DNA of 27,237 nucleotides from Phycisphaerales bacterium. GTDB taxonomy: Bacteria > Planctomycetota > Phycisphaerae > Phycisphaerales > SM1A02. The notes under the pieces were generated by a model. The model was not told where the DNA came from, did not search any database, and saw nothing but the letters and a program-made list of their open reading frames with translations. Shown piece by piece: positions 25,326-27,237 of this stretch (positions are counted from its first letter, which is position 1; each line of letters opens with the position of its first letter). The stretch spans positions 1 to 27,237 of the forward strand of contig JBILWQ010000001.1 of assembly GCA_044369805.1 (NCBI GenBank), given 5' to 3'. Position numbers and translations under genes: made by a program.

Positions 25326-25994
25326 GTGCGCCGCGGCTTCACCATCGTCGAACTCCTCGTGGTCATCGGCATCATCGGCCTTCTGGTGGGCCTGACGGCG
25401 CCGGCGCTGAGCATGATCCGCGCCGAGAGCCGCAACAGCGGATGCATGAGCAATCTCCGGCAGATCCACATTCCACTTCGGAGCTACTCGGACTCGATCG
25501 GCGGCCTGGTGCCCATCTGCAACATGCTGCCCGCGGTGGGAGAGCAGGGGCCCGAGGGCGGCTTGCCCCAGCTGCTGAAGGGTTACCTCGATCCGACCAG
25601 CGAGGTCTGGCTCTGTCCCGCCGACTTCGATCCGGAGAGCCGCGAGACGGGCACCAGCTACCTGTACGTGCCCGGACTGCTTCGCTACACCCCCGAGGTG
25701 CAGGTGCAGGTGGCCCGCACGGTGCTCAGCGAGCGCGACATCTCCGACAAGGCCCGGACCCGCATGCGGAACGAGCTGGAGGGGCGCATGCTCCGCACCT
25801 TCTACGAGGGTGTGGAGAAGGCGCCCGAGGGCGCCAAGGGTGGCACGGTGCGGGCATCCAAGTACGCGGTGGTGGTCGACTCCCAGGATCGCCATCCCGG
25901 CACGCGGCAGCCGCGCAACGCGCTCTTCTCCGATGGCGAGGTGCGCGAGAACACGCCCGCGGACGAGGAAGAGGAGGAGGGCACCGATGGTTGA
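25326..25994 (+). CDS. Prepilin-type N-terminal cleavage/methylation domain protein (planctomycete DUF1559-like)
   Basis: RRG|FTIVELLVVIGII, then ALSMIR...CMSNLRQI, LCPAD, SYLY, and C-terminal H....RNALFSDG (variant of the H-X9-DG motif). GTG 25326. Confidence 0.85.
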   Translation: MRRGFTIVELLVVIGIIGLLVGLTAPALSMIRAESRNSGCMSNLRQIHIPLRSYSDSIGGLVPICNMLPAVGEQGPEGGLPQLLKGYLDPTSEVWLCPADFDPESRETGTSYLYVPGLLRYTPEVQVQVARTVLSERDISDKARTRMRNELEGRMLRTFYEGVEKAPEGAKGGTVRASKYAVVVDSQDRHPGTRQPRNALFSDGEVRENTPADEEEEEGTDG

Positions 25995-26709
25995 GCCGCT
26001 CGGGCTGCAGTCGTGGCGATGGCGCCTGGAGCGGATCGACCCGCGCCGGGCGGCTTCCCTGGTGGCTGCGCTGCTGCTGGCGGTGCTGCTCGGTGGCGGC
26101 ACCTGGTGGTGGCTGGCGACCCGGTTCCGCCCGCCCCCGAGCATCTTCGACACGCCTGTGGACGGCGTGCTGGGCTACCTGGCGGTCAAGGATTTCTCGA
26201 AGCTCCCGCTTGAGGAGCGGATCCGCTTCATGACGGAGTTCGCCGACCGGTTCCGCGGCTTCGATCCCTCGGAGAGTGCCGCGGCCGCGGCCTTCCTGGC
26301 CGGTCTGAGCCAGCCGGCGCGCGAGCAGCTCCGGGAGAACGTGAAGGGCATGATGAAGGATGCACTCGCCCAGGGCGCCTCCGAGTACATGGGGCTGCCG
26401 CCCTCGAAGCGGGGCGAGTACATCGACCAGTGGCTGGTGAAGTGGCAGCGCATCCTGGAGCGCGGCGTGGGCGGCAAGGACAGCGGCAAGAGCGACCCGG
26501 AGCGCCTGGCGGACATGAAGCGCGAGGGCGAGCGCGGCGAGAGGCAGCGAGAGCGGTTCGCCCGGGGCAGCAGCGCCATGACCGACCGCGGCGTGACGCG
26601 CTTCATGGATGTCTGGGAGGGCGAGGTGCAGGCGTCGAGCACCCCGCGCGAGCAGGGGCAGATCACCCGATTCCTGGACGATGTCCGCACGCGGCTGCTG
26701 ACGAAGTGA
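25987..26709 (+). CDS. Hypothetical single-pass membrane protein, predicted all-alpha soluble domain
   Basis: TM AASLVAALLLAVLLGGGTWWWL. Start overlaps the pilin-like gene stop by 8 nt. Confidence 0.72.
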   Translation: MVEPLGLQSWRWRLERIDPRRAASLVAALLLAVLLGGGTWWWLATRFRPPPSIFDTPVDGVLGYLAVKDFSKLPLEERIRFMTEFADRFRGFDPSESAAAAAFLAGLSQPAREQLRENVKGMMKDALAQGASEYMGLPPSKRGEYIDQWLVKWQRILERGVGGKDSGKSDPERLADMKREGERGERQRERFARGSSAMTDRGVTRFMDVWEGEVQASSTPREQGQITRFLDDVRTRLLTK

Positions 26710-26713
26710 AGGC

Positions 26714-27237
26714 ATGAAGCGCACGGGCGAGGCCATGCTGCCGGTGCGCGAGCGTGCCGCGGAGATCGCGGATGCGCTGCGGCGTTCGGCCCGGCTCGTG
26801 CTCACGGCGGACACCGGATCGGGCAAGACCACCCAGGTGCCTCGGCTGGTGCTGGAGGCTGGTGTGCCGGGCCGGGTGCTTGTGCTCGAGCCGCGGCGAC
26901 TGGCGGCTCGCATGGTCGCGCGTCGCGTGGCCGCCGAGATGGGCACGCGGCCCGGCGATCGGGTGGGCTGGCGCACCCGATTCGACGCCGCCTGGAGCCC
27001 TGCCACGGAGATCGGATTCCTGACCGAGGGCGTGTTCCTGCGCATGCTCATGGAGGATGCCGCCCTGCAGGGCGTGGGCACGGTGGTGGTGGACGAGTTC
27101 CATGAGCGCAGCCTGCAGGCGGACCTGGCGGTGGCGGCCACGTGCAGGCTCCAGACCAGCGGCCGACCGGATCTGAAACTGGTGGTGATGAGCGCGACGC
27201 TGGACGCGGATCGGCTGGCGGCGCAGCTGGGCGCGGA
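26714..27237 (+). CDS. hrpB: ATP-dependent DEAH-box RNA helicase HrpB (HrpA/HrpB family), 5' part, runs off window
   Basis: My own translation from ATG 26714 (absent from the ORF track): LTADTGSGKTTQVP, LEPRRLAAR, FLTEGVFLR, VVVDEFHERSLQADL, LVVMSATLD. Confidence 0.9.
   Translation, partial: MKRTGEAMLPVRERAAEIADALRRSARLVLTADTGSGKTTQVPRLVLEAGVPGRVLVLEPRRLAARMVARRVAAEMGTRPGDRVGWRTRFDAAWSPATEIGFLTEGVFLRMLMEDAALQGVGTVVVDEFHERSLQADLAVAATCRLQTSGRPDLKLVVMSATLDADRLAAQLGA

Overview
GC-rich, densely coding chromosomal window, most likely from a planctomycete and probably Phycisphaerae. This is inferred from 16S sequence signatures, the prepilin/DUF1559-like gene, the dockerin-tailed secreted protein and the ribH-nusB-ftsY order. 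It opens with the 3' end of a 16S rRNA gene that is followed by a terminator rather than tRNAs or 23S (unlinked rRNA). About 25 CDSs follow: MFS transporter, K-channel-like protein, low-complexity secreted protein, tkt-rpiB, PepSY-PepSY-FKBP fusion, small lipoprotein, M29 aminopeptidase, 954-aa Cys-rich/FG-GAP/dockerin secreted protein, threonine aldolase, two membrane-anchored hypotheticals, an 832-aa fusion protein, Lon-N, EVE, LemA, RuvB, LptD-like protein, UbiA-family protein, ribH-nusB-ftsY, a pilin-like gene with a partner, and a 5'-partial hrpB. I found no mobile element, CRISPR array or tRNA. The most unusual items are (1) the four-domain fusion of Maf, cytidylyltransferase-like, and cysteine-less radical SAM and SPASM domains (13904-16402), (2) a TANNNT -10 box 6-9 nt before the start codon of about 10 genes, implying pervasive leaderless transcription, (3) the PepSY-FKBP fusion and (4) the solitary 16S. 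All family assignments come from motif recognition by eye; no database search was run.
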